Assembly: GCA_000092065.1 (NCBI GenBank)
Contig: CP000601.1
DNA from: Ostreococcus lucimarinus
Lineage: Eukaryota
Direction: 5' to 3' (one strand)
Length of the DNA stretch: 64,000 bases
The notes beneath the pieces are model-generated. The model made no database searches and was not told the origin of the DNA. It worked only from the letters and a program-made list of their open reading frames with translations. Of the stretch, positions 49,172 through 58,810 are shown one piece after another. Positions within the stretch are counted from its first letter, which is position 1, and each line of letters starts with the position of its first letter. The position numbers were made by a program, and so were the translations under genes.

Positions 49172-51037
49172 ATGGATACACACGGACCACACCGATCCCA
49201 TCGACGAGTCTCGACTCGAGAACGAGTCCCTCGACGCCCGACGCGCCCCGACCGACGTCACGCGATCCGATCCGCGCGCGGCGTCGTCGCGTCGGCGTCG
49301 TCGCGTCGGCTCGTCACAGCGCGCGTCCGGGACAGCGAGCGCTCGAACGCCCGAACGCGCGAAGCGCCCGAGACGGATCCGAACGCCACGAATCCGCGCC
49401 GAGCGATCGAGCCCGCCATGCGCACCGTCGCGCGCGCGTTCGCGACGACGACGACGTCGAGCGCGAGGTGTGATTATCGCCGTCGAGCGACGACGACGCG
49501 CGCGACGACGAGCGCGGTGCGCGCGGACGCGCGGCGCGCGCGATCGGGGAGGTATGCGATCGTTCCGCGATCGATCGAGGGCGAAGGGAACGCCGCGGTC
49601 GTCGAAAGAAGCGTCGAGGGCGAGGAGGGGGAGAAGATGATGTCCCTGGAGGCGAGACGCGAGGCGCTGAGGTTGCCGCGCCCGGACGTCGCGGCGCCGG
49701 GGATGGAGGATCCGTGGAACGATGAGAAGTGGCAAAAGGTGAAGTGGACGGTGTTTCGAGACGTGGCGTACGACCTCGGACCGTTCTTTGAGAAGCATCC
49801 GGGCGGGAACTGGTTGTTGAACCTCGCCATCGGTCGCGACTGCACGGCGCTCATGGAATCCTATCACTTGCGACCAGAGGTGGCGACGGCGCGCTTCAGG
49901 ATGTTACCCAAGCTCGAGGGGTTCCCGGTCGACGCCGTGGCGAAGTCACCGAGACCGAACGATTCGCCGCTGTACAACAACATCCGCAATCGCGTTCGCG
50001 AGGAACTTTTCCCGGAAGAAGGGAAGAACAAACACAGAATGGGTGGCGACCACGCGACGATAACGATTTTGTCTTTCGCCGCGTTTGCGTACGGTGTGTA
50101 CGCCACCATCCCGGGCTTTCTCTCGGGTTGCCTCCTTGGCTTAGCTGGTGCGTGGATCGGGCTCACGATTCAGCATTGCGCCAATCACGGGGCGATGTCA
50201 CCGTCGCCCGCCGTCAACGGCGTCCTCGGTTTGACGAACGATCTCATCGGCGGCTCGTCTTTGATGTGGCGATACCACCACCAGGTGAGCCACCACATTC
50301 ACTGCAACGACAATGCTATGGATCAAGACGTGTACACCGCCATGCCTCTCTTGCGTTTCGACGCTCGTCGTCCCAAGGCGTGGTACCACCGCTTCCAGCA
50401 CTGGTACATGTTCTTGGCCTTTCCGTTGTTGCAGGTGGCGTTCCAAGTCGGCGACATCGTCGGTTTGTTCACTCGCGATACCGAAGGCGCAAAGCTCCAC
50501 GGGGCGACCACTTGGGAACTTGCCACCGTAGTTATCGGCAAGTTTGTGCACTTCGGTTTGTTGGCTGCACCTTTGATGAGCCACGCGGCTTCCGCCGTCG
50601 TCGCCGGCATCGTCGGTTTCATGGCGTGCCAAGGAGTCGTCCTCGCGTGTACGTTCGCGGTGAGTCACAACGTGCCCGAGGCCAAACTCCCTGAAGATAC
50701 CGGTGGAGAGGCGTGGGAAAGAGATTGGGGCGTGCAGCAGTTGGTGACTAGCGCTGACTGGGGTGGAAAGATTGGAAACTTTTTCACCGGCGGTCTGAAC
50801 TTGCAAGTCGAGCATCACCTGTTCCCGGCGATTTGCTTTGTGCACTACCCCGCGATCGCGAAAATTGTCGCGGAAGAAGCGGCGAAGATGGGCATTCCTT
50901 ACTCGTCATACAGAACACTTCCCGGCATTTTCGTCGCGTTCTGGAAATTCGTCAGAGACATGGGCACGGCGGAGCAAATCGACGACGTTTTACTTCCGAA
51001 GTTCGCGAACCCGCAACTTTCGCCAGCCATCAATTAG
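49172..51037 (+). CDS. Front-end fatty-acid desaturase with N-terminal cytochrome b5 domain (delta4-desaturase-like) and an Arg/Thr-rich presequence
   Basis: The cyt b5 heme motif reads EKHPGGNWLLNLAIGRDCTALMESYH. Three His boxes are present (HCANHG, HHQVSHHIHCN, QVEHHLFP). The first ~150 aa look like a transit peptide. Confidence 0.8.
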   Translation: MDTHGPHRSHRRVSTRERVPRRPTRPDRRHAIRSARGVVASASSRRLVTARVRDSERSNARTREAPETDPNATNPRRAIEPAMRTVARAFATTTTSSARCDYRRRATTTRATTSAVRADARRARSGRYAIVPRSIEGEGNAAVVERSVEGEEGEKMMSLEARREALRLPRPDVAAPGMEDPWNDEKWQKVKWTVFRDVAYDLGPFFEKHPGGNWLLNLAIGRDCTALMESYHLRPEVATARFRMLPKLEGFPVDAVAKSPRPNDSPLYNNIRNRVREELFPEEGKNKHRMGGDHATITILSFAAFAYGVYATIPGFLSGCLLGLAGAWIGLTIQHCANHGAMSPSPAVNGVLGLTNDLIGGSSLMWRYHHQVSHHIHCNDNAMDQDVYTAMPLLRFDARRPKAWYHRFQHWYMFLAFPLLQVAFQVGDIVGLFTRDTEGAKLHGATTWELATVVIGKFVHFGLLAAPLMSHAASAVVAGIVGFMACQGVVLACTFAVSHNVPEAKLPEDTGGEAWERDWGVQQLVTSADWGGKIGNFFTGGLNLQVEHHLFPAICFVHYPAIAKIVAEEAAKMGIPYSSYRTLPGIFVAFWKFVRDMGTAEQIDDVLLPKFANPQLSPAIN

Positions 51038-51156
51038 AATTATAACTTACCTTACGCGCTTGTTGACTTCAAACGAGCAAACGACAGAAATACGATTATT
51101 GTGATATACTTACACCTCCGCCTCATCATTGTTTTGATCTAATTCTAACTTACAAA

Positions 51157-52191
51157 CTACACACGAATTCTCAAGTTGAGCAACTCTCGCTCGGCGCTCG
51201 TTCGATTAAACGTCACACTTTGTCCGATACTCACCGGCTCCGGGGGTGCACCACCCTCTTCGTATGCCTCGTAACTTCTTAAAGTCCCATCAGGACCGGC
51301 ATACGCGCCGTCGACGTAAGAATGGCAGTTGTGCAAACCGGCGTCTGAAAGCAGCTGCTTCGCCCACGCCGCGGAACTACTGCTTCGGCTATGCAACAAG
51401 ATGAGATTATCCGACGTCGGCTTGTGAAATCGGAACATCCGCACCCACTCTTCATCGTTCATATGCACTGCTTTGGGCAGATGATCCACCGGGACGTGCG
51501 TTGACCCCTCGAGTGTTCCGTAAAGCGCGCGCTCGTCAAACCTTCGAATGTCCAAAATCACTAGTCCCAGCGCATTGCCGTCGTCTCTCACCGTTTCCAG
51601 GAGAAGTAACACCGCGTCGAAGCTCAGAGCTCGATCTTTCCCTGATGAAAACACAGCGGGTTCGTCGAAGTGTGCTAGAGGTACCGCCGCGGCGAGTCCG
51701 CCGTCCACGATGGAGCACCGCGTGAATCCCAGGCTCGTCGCGAGCGCCGCGGCGTGCGACGAGCTATGCCCGTGCGTGCTCACAAAAATCATCGTCGTCC
51801 TTAAACTCGGCACGGGAATGTTTGGAAATCTCTTCTTCCACAGTGTGTTACGATTGCGCAACAAGTTCGCCAACTCTTCCGGTAAGATGTGCGTCACGGC
51901 GAGTCTGTCGCTCAGCTTCGTCACCGCCGTCGCCCCCCCGTCCTCGCTCTTCGGTCTGACGTCTAATAGCAAGTATTTCACCGGTTTCGTTTGAACCAAC
52001 ATCCAAAACGCTTTCGCACTCAGCACCCCGTACGTCTGTTTGTTCAATTTCACCGTCGGTTGCGAGCTCGACGTCGTTCGCTGTCTCGCTCGATCTCTGT
52101 GCTTGGCGCTTCGCAAGACGCGCACGGACCAGGCGATGAGAGACAGACACACGGCGGTGGTTAACGAACCGCCGACGTTGGTGACGTGCAT
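51157..52191 (-). CDS. Membrane-anchored protein with two rhodanese-like domains lacking the catalytic Cys
   Basis: An N-terminal TM (LTTAVCLSLIAWSV) is followed by rhodanese-like modules (LLDVRPKSE...THGHSSSHAA and ILDIRRFDERALYGTLEGSTHVP...LLHSRSSSSAAWAKQL). The active-site Cys is replaced by Ser/His in both. The ATG lies 15 nt inside the GTG track start. Confidence 0.6.
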   Translation of the reverse strand: MHVTNVGGSLTTAVCLSLIAWSVRVLRSAKHRDRARQRTTSSSQPTVKLNKQTYGVLSAKAFWMLVQTKPVKYLLLDVRPKSEDGGATAVTKLSDRLAVTHILPEELANLLRNRNTLWKKRFPNIPVPSLRTTMIFVSTHGHSSSHAAALATSLGFTRCSIVDGGLAAAVPLAHFDEPAVFSSGKDRALSFDAVLLLLETVRDDGNALGLVILDIRRFDERALYGTLEGSTHVPVDHLPKAVHMNDEEWVRMFRFHKPTSDNLILLHSRSSSSAAWAKQLLSDAGLHNCHSYVDGAYAGPDGTLRSYEAYEEGGAPPEPVSIGQSVTFNRTSAERELLNLRIRV

Positions 52192-53021
52192 GATATTCGT
52201 CCGCACGCGCGCCGCGCGCGTCCGTCTGCGGGCGCACCGCCGATCACGCGCGCGGTCGACGTGGACGCGCGTCGAGTCGATTTCGAACGAACGAACGCCA
52301 AAACGAACGCGCGTCGAGCGATTTCGTGGGCGTCTCGAGGGCGCGCAACCCTACGAAATCGTCGTCGAAAAATCACGCACTCAAAGACAATTTAGAACTA
52401 TCTGCAAACACGGTACGCGCGCGATAAACGCCGCGTCGGCCCCCGCGCGCCGCGCGCGCGAACGAAGCGACGTTCGTGGCGACCGTTGAAGCGCCGAACC
52501 AGAGCGCGAGACCGCGCGCGCGTCACAGCGCGCGGCGAAATTTGCGAAAGCGTCCACACGAACATGCTCTCGGTTTCGACGTCGTCGCGATCGCTCGCGA
52601 GCGCACCGACGGCGCGCCGAGGATGGCGTGGGCGTCGCGGCGGGAGCAGGTTAGAAACGGTTCGACGGGCGCAAATCGGCGTCGATCTCGTCGACGCGGC
52701 GAGAAACGGGTTGGAGACGTTCGTTCAAAGGGTACGTTATCGACAAGCGCGAGATTCGGACCTAAAATCGATCGGTGCGCGCCGACAGAGCGATGTCAAG
52801 AGTGGTTTTGTTGCCTCTCGCCGCACGCTCTCGGTGAAGCAAACGAGCGCAAACGCGACGAAGATTGAGGCTGACCGATTTATTTTCATTCGTAGGCATC
52901 GAAGGCGTTACCAATACTGCTTGGACACGACGATACTGTCGAAATCGAGCGGGAAAACGAGTCGTTAGACGCCGCGAAGACAAACTCGAGAACGCGAGCC
53001 GCAGAGCTCACCCAGGCGCGC

Positions 53022-54396
53022 GTGGAGAGTTTGCTTAAGCCCGACGCGGGAAGAGATGATATATTCCACGCCGCGGGTCAAGGGTTAGCTGGTGTCGGAG
53101 GCGACGTCGTAGCGATTGGTTGGTGGGACTCACGCGGGGTAGAAGGCACGTCCCCGCAACTTGAATTGCAGGCGCTCAACGACGGCGCCAGGGCACAACT
53201 CATAGGGGTGGTGCTCTTGGCGCTTAAAGAAGGGCTCGAGAACATAGAAGAGAGCAACGGAAGCTTGCGTGAACTCATTCAAACAGTGGCTAGGGTCTCC
53301 GCGAATGATTGGATGAATTCGATGGCGCTTGACATCGGCGCCAAGGAGCGGTGCGCTCGGGTGGTTCGCGTGGCCGGAGACGTGGCCGATGAAAAAATTT
53401 GGCAGAACGGTACGTATGATCTCGCTTTCGTCTTCGACCGAGCTGATCGCGTTTTTCACAGGAGAAATACTTGAAGGAAGTAAGATGGCTTTGTATGCCG
53501 GAGTGATGATGTATTTGGCCAAGGTACGTCTAACTTTCGCTGAGCTTCACAAATATTTATTTAATTATTCTGAATTATTTCAATCATCGCAGAACTCCAA
53601 TCGAACGGACAATATTTCCGAAAGCGTTCAAGTCGTTGAGAAATCGACGAAAATTAACACTCAAGACGTCGAACCGGTGCTGGAATTCTTCAATTCTCCT
53701 ATGGCTTCGGTGTGCGTTTCGGTTTTGCAGGACGTGGTATTAAATATTGCCGACTCCGTGGCGTGTGCTTACGTGACGTGTGCGCGTGAAAGCGGGCTAC
53801 AAGCGCCTGTAAATGGTGGAGTCGCACGTACGGAGGACACAGGAGCGGTCGTGCGCATTCCACCGTTCAGAGACGCGTTGAGCGTTCGCTTGAAGAGCAC
53901 ACGTTCGTTGGAAAAATTTCGAAATGAAACATCATTGCGCACGTGGCTTGCACGCAATTATTACGACGTGGTCGCGATGTACGAAGATTGGCATAAATTG
54001 TGGGGCATGAATGCAAACGGCGAGGTACGTATCTCCGCGCGACGGCGCGTTTGAATTAATTTTTTAATTTGTCGCTGAAATTAATTATTTTTCACACAGC
54101 TCGTGACGAGGAAAATTCACGTTTGTCGCCAGCCAGAGCTCGCAAAGGTGAAGGGATTTCGTTTAGCTGTTTCTATGATAATAGAACTCGCTGATGTGAG
54201 CCTTCCCTTGTTCAGAAGCGCACTGAACAACTGCAGCCGGGTGGCTTCTTGGTTACTGGTGACATTAATTGGTGCGTTTGAAATTAATTATTTTGTGCAT
54301 CGACTTACTCTCTCTAACGCAGGCCGTTCGCTTGGATTGGTGTATCGTGGAATCAAAGAAAGCATGGACCCTCAAAACAGAGTGAAATTCACGTAG
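53022..54396 (+). CDS. Multi-exon gene (at least 4-5 exons) encoding a hypothetical protein, in a local low-GC patch
   Basis: Candidate introns with GTACGT/GTGCGT donors and YAG acceptors lie at about 53409..53463, 53526..53590, 54028..54107 and 54272..54321. Each joins the flanking ORFs in frame. The exons translate to ...IWQN|GEILEGSKMALYAGVMMYLAK|NSNRTDNISES...WGMNANGE|LVTRKIHVCRQPELAKVKGF...LLVTLIG|AGRSLGLVYRGIKESMDPQNRVKFT. The track start is a GTG, so the 5' end is uncertain. No family recognised. Confidence 0.45.
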
Positions 54397-54514
54397 TAGA
54401 CGACAGGCAGCACGGGGCGATCGCTTCTACGCTGGGGAAAAAATTAATAATAAATGACTCCCGTCATATGTCACTACAGCACTGTAAAATCTAATGAGGA
54501 GAAAACGTCTCATG

Positions 54515-56161
54515 CTAATCGTCTTCCTCGCTATCCTCTTCCTCGTCGTCTTCCTCGTCCTCGTCTTCGTCGTTATCGTCGGTTTCGTAATCTACTTCAT
54601 CGTCCTCCTCGTCTTCCTCCTCGTCTGCGCTGGCTGACTTTTTCGGCGCAGGTTCGGAGTCTTCATCCTCACCTGGGTTCACGAAGCCGTCTTCCAACAC
54701 CCAGCCGTGCTGTAGGAGTAACTCATACACACGAATAGCCTTGAGTGGGTCTACTTTGAACATATTCCGAACGTGATTTCTGTTGAGCGGCTTTTCGGAC
54801 TTGAGACCCTCTCGCATCAACTCCACCTTCATCGAGAGATACTGCACAGGCAATAAGCGACAGCTCCTGCACAACTCCTTTTCGTCGTCGTTCAAAAGGT
54901 CTACGCCTGGAAGATCGGCGAGATCAAGTGACAAGTACATTCGACGGCGAGGACCTAAGCTCGACGTACGAGGCGTCGGGATCACGGATACCGTCTTGTC
55001 TTCGTCGTTCATGCGAGTCAACTGCTCATTGATTTGTGTGGCATCTCGCACGATGAACTTGTTCGCTCTGGCTATGTTCTTGCTAGTTGGATGCTCGATC
55101 GCGTGTAGACGAGCGAACTCCGTCTCACGACGACGCTTCTCCAAATCGTAATCCTCGCCCTCTGCGATGGTATGAATACCATTGCGTCTGTACTCTTTCA
55201 GTTCGGTGATGCGGGTTCGGATTCGGTGCTCCGCGGCGAGACCCTCGAGCAAGACGTCGTACTCGGTACTCGTGAGAAAGCGTGCAAATATACGCATGGT
55301 GCCGTGTAAGTCGCGCTCGTATTGTGAACGCTTCTTTTCCACGTTTTGTTGCTTTTTCACGTTCAGCAGATTGCGTTCGAGAATGAATTGTTTTCTTCTC
55401 GCTCGTTCTTGAAGCCGGCTGTTGTAGATTTCAATCATTCGCAGCTTCATCTGGACGTCTTCTTCGGTGTCGTTTTCGCGAAATTCCATCTCCGCCAGGG
55501 GAAGTTCGGCATCCATGTCGTATTCGGGATCGAACTCATTGCGCTTGATGTTGTAACCTGTGAGTTCCTGCACGTTGCCCTCCGTCTTCACTGCGTTCGG
55601 GTTAGCAAGCGATTCGAGAAGCTTCTCCTCCTCCTCCACATCCTTATTTTCGTTCGCCTTTTGCTCCGCCTCCGCTTTGAGCTCGTCTGATGTCATACGC
55701 GCGACGCCTTTTCCTAAAATCTTCGACATATCCGGTAACGGCGCGCAAGGAGACTTGACGTAGACTTCAAAATAGTGCGCGTGACACTGCGCGCGCGTCT
55801 TCGTCCCGACGTGTTCGCTCACCTCGGTCCAGTTCCCCAACCCGAACATCTCCACTGCCTCCAGCAATAACAACTCTTCGTCAGCCCCCCAATCTCGCGT
55901 GAACAGCGGAAACGACATGTTGTCGATGACGTGATACTGATGATACGCCTTGTGCGGGTGCGGCTCCACGCCGACCGCGAAGCACTCCGTGCACAGATCC
56001 ACGTTTGCGCACTCCGCGCACCGTACGCGCACCACGTTCGAGATGTCCTTTTGGCAATAGTTACAGTTAAACAGTGCGCACGACTCCCCGTTCCCACTCA
56101 GCTTCGTCATCGCGTTTTCCGTCGCCACCCGTCGCCGTTTCGGCACGAGCGCGCTCGCCAT
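54515..56161 (-). CDS. ADA2: Transcriptional adaptor ADA2 (ZZ zinc finger + SANT + SWIRM)
   Basis: The ZZ finger reads CNYCQKDISNVVRVRCAECANVDLCTECF. The SANT domain reads WGADEELLLLEAVEMFGLGNWTEVSEHVGTKTRAQCHAHY. A C-terminal SWIRM domain and a poly-acidic tail follow. Confidence 0.85.
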   Translation of the reverse strand: MASALVPKRRRVATENAMTKLSGNGESCALFNCNYCQKDISNVVRVRCAECANVDLCTECFAVGVEPHPHKAYHQYHVIDNMSFPLFTRDWGADEELLLLEAVEMFGLGNWTEVSEHVGTKTRAQCHAHYFEVYVKSPCAPLPDMSKILGKGVARMTSDELKAEAEQKANENKDVEEEEKLLESLANPNAVKTEGNVQELTGYNIKRNEFDPEYDMDAELPLAEMEFRENDTEEDVQMKLRMIEIYNSRLQERARRKQFILERNLLNVKKQQNVEKKRSQYERDLHGTMRIFARFLTSTEYDVLLEGLAAEHRIRTRITELKEYRRNGIHTIAEGEDYDLEKRRRETEFARLHAIEHPTSKNIARANKFIVRDATQINEQLTRMNDEDKTVSVIPTPRTSSLGPRRRMYLSLDLADLPGVDLLNDDEKELCRSCRLLPVQYLSMKVELMREGLKSEKPLNRNHVRNMFKVDPLKAIRVYELLLQHGWVLEDGFVNPGEDEDSEPAPKKSASADEEEDEEDDEVDYETDDNDEDEDEEDDEEEDSEEDD

Positions 56162-56288
56162 GGCGCCGAATGCGATGCCGAACGCCGATGCCGATGCGTC
56201 GCGTTACCTCCGCGTCCGCGTTCCCGTCGCGCGCGTCCTCGACGGTCGTGCGCGCGCTCACTCGCGTGCGTTCACGCGCGACTCGCGC

Positions 56289-56290
<2 letters not shown>

Positions 56291-56332
<42 letters not shown>
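56291..56332. repeat. (GTC)14 trinucleotide microsatellite in the ADA2/RACK1 divergent intergenic region
   Basis: A perfect gtc x14 repeat read directly from the sequence, between the ADA2 start (56161) and the RACK1 ATG (56480). Confidence 0.8.
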
Positions 56333-56338
<6 letters not shown>

Positions 56339-56479
56339 TGAAACGACCGCGCGCGTCGGGACGTCGTGAGACCGCCCGCGGTGTCAAACACACGGACCAT
56401 CACAATCACCCGCGCGCGCGACCGGGTGGATGGCGCGCGCGACGACGTCCGCCTCTACGCGACGCGTTCGACGCGCGAC

Positions 56480-57753
56480 ATGGCGACTCAAATGCAGCTC
56501 AGAGGCGTGCTCAAGGGGTGCGTCGCGCGAATCGATGATCCGAGCGCGCGTCGCGTCGCGTCGACGGCGAACGCGCGGCGAACCGATCGTTCGTGGAATA
56601 GGGTCTGCGCCATCGAACGAGGCGGACGTTGACGCTCGCGGCGGCGGCGCGCGGCGATGGGACGCGCGACGACGGCGACGCGTTCGTGCGATGATTATTT
56701 CACGCGTCGAACGCGCGTCGTCTCGAGCGCGTGACCGTTCACGCGAAACGGACTCGAGCTCGACGAGCTCGATCACGACGTCGAACGACGACACTAACCC
56801 ACACGTTTTTTTCATTTCCGCGCAGGCACGAAAACTGGGTCACGTCCATCGCGACTCCGTTGGATAACTCTGACATTCTCTTGTCGTCCTCGCGAGACAA
56901 GACGGTGATCCTTTGGAACCTGACGCGCGAGGAAGAGAACTACGGTTACCCGCGCCGATCGCTTCACGGACACTCGCACTTCGTGCAAGACGTCGTCATC
57001 TCCTCGGACGGGCAATTCGCGCTCTCGGGGTCTTGGGACGGCACCCTTCGATTGTGGGACCTTAACACCGGTACCACCACCCGACGCTTTGTCGGACACA
57101 CCAAGGATGTCCTTTCGGTGGCTTTCTCCGTGGACAACCGCCAAATCGTCTCCGGCTCCCGGGATAAGACGATCAAGTTGTGGAACACGCTCGGCGAGTG
57201 CAAGTACACGATTCAAGACGCCGACGCGCACTCCGAGTGGGTGTCGTGCGTGCGCTTCTCCCCGGTCACCTCCAACCCGATCATCGTGTCTGGGGGCTGG
57301 GATAAGCTCGTCAAGGTCTGGAACCTCACCAACTGCAAGATTCGCACCAACCTTGTTGGTCACACCGGCTACATCAACGCCGTCACCGTCTCTCCGGACG
57401 GTTCCTTGTGCGCCTCCGGCGGCAAGGATGGCGTCGCCATGCTTTGGGATCTCGGCGAGGGCAAGCGATTGTACTCCCTCGATGCGGGTGACATCATTTA
57501 CGGCTTGTGCTTCTCCCCCAACCGCTACTGGTTGTGCGCGGCGACCGAGTCCTGCGTCAAGATTTGGGACCTCGAATCCAAGTCCATCGTCGACGAGCTC
57601 CGCCCGGAGTTCCCGCCGGTTGGCAAGAAGTCCCAACAACCGTACTGCACCTCCCTCCAATGGTCGGCGGACGGTTCCACCCTCTACACGGGCTACACCG
57701 ATAACGTCATTCGCGTTTGGTCGGTCGGTTCCGTGGGCACCGGCATGATGTAA
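56480..57753 (+). CDS. RACK1: RACK1 (guanine nucleotide-binding protein subunit beta-like, receptor for activated C kinase), two exons: join(56480..56517,56826..57753)
   Basis: Exon 2 holds the seven WD repeats ([29 protein letters not shown]...). The conserved N-terminus [13 protein letters not shown] is encoded 300 nt upstream and ends at GG|GTGCGT. The acceptor (cgcag|G) joins in phase to [12 protein letters not shown], which parallels RGTLKGHNGWVTQIAT. Confidence 0.85.
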
Positions 57754-57901
57754 GCGGCTCACGCTTACTGGCTTTCGTTCACGTTCTTAGCAAATAGCGA
57801 GACTGTGTAATTGAACGAAGCAACGCCTGCTCAAACCAAATTCCTAAACGCGCATTCAACTAAAATTACACATCATCGCGCCGCATCTAATCGTGACGTA
57901 G

Positions 57902-58678
57902 CTATCGTCTTCGTTTCACGCCCGTGCTCGGACCGTCCTCGTCCATGTCCTCGTCCTCGTCGACGCGCTCGGCGACGTCCGGCTCGGCGGCTTTGAGTTG
58001 TTTCTTCGTCTCCTCTATCGCGGCGTTGAGCTCGTCCTCGCGCGCCAGTGATTCCGCTTTTTCACTCGACACGTACGCAATTTGCTCATTCAAACTCGCC
58101 AACATCGTTTCCGTTATCGCGTGCCACCGCGAGACGTCCGCGATGACGCCGTCGAGCGCGCTCGCTCGCGCGTCTCTCGCCTTCGCGCGTCGAACCCGTA
58201 AAACTTTATTTTTCGGATCGAGCCTTCCCCACACGATTTCTCCCAGGCACTCGTCGACGATGAACTTTTCCATCGCGCGTTCGCTCGTGAACTCCAGCTC
58301 TCGCATCAATCGTACGTACGCGATCGTCCCTCCCTCCGCGCACAGCGCGCACGTCGACAGTCGCTTCAGTTTCGCCTCCTCGCGCGTCGTCAGCGTCGGC
58401 AACTTTTCGTTTGCCGCTCGCGCGCGATATTCGCGCAGCGTGCCGTGCGCGAATATTTCCACCATCGCGCGCACCTCCGCCGCGCACTCGAACCCCTCCG
58501 TGCGCTCCATGGCGTGCAGTATCTTCGTCACGCGCATCGCGTCGCGCGCCTCGAGCGCCTCGCCGAGCGCGTCGCGATCGAGCGTCTTCGTCGTCGCGAT
58601 CGACGTCGCGCACCGCGTCACCGCGCCGTCGTCGGGCGTCATCGACGCCATCGCATCGTCCTCGTCGTCGGCGCGCAT
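57902..58678 (-). CDS. CSN7: COP9 signalosome subunit 7 (CSN7, PCI domain)
   Basis: FAHGTLREYRA...LPTLTTREEAKLKRLSTCALCAEGGTIAYVRLMRELEFTSERAMEKFIVDECLGEIVWGRLDPKNKVLRV follows the CSN7 PCI pattern. A coiled-coil acidic C-terminus follows. Confidence 0.6.
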   Translation of the reverse strand: MRADDEDDAMASMTPDDGAVTRCATSIATTKTLDRDALGEALEARDAMRVTKILHAMERTEGFECAAEVRAMVEIFAHGTLREYRARAANEKLPTLTTREEAKLKRLSTCALCAEGGTIAYVRLMRELEFTSERAMEKFIVDECLGEIVWGRLDPKNKVLRVRRAKARDARASALDGVIADVSRWHAITETMLASLNEQIAYVSSEKAESLAREDELNAAIEETKKQLKAAEPDVAERVDEDEDMDEDGPSTGVKRRR

Positions 58679-58810
58679 CGCGAGCGAACGACGCGCGCGA
58701 GTGTCGATCGATCGGCCCCGAATCCCAATCGCGCCATCTGTTCATCCATCCATCCACGCATCCATTCTTCTCTCCGCGGTCACATCGCGACGTCGGCGCG
58801 GTCGAGGGCG

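Noticed and set aside
48573-49473. Arg-rich ORFs 48573..49190 (-) and 48631..49473 (+) between SGR and the desaturase
   Set aside because: Low-complexity GC-rich intergenic or UTR sequence with no domain signal. Part of it may hide the missing SGR 5' exon, which I could not locate.
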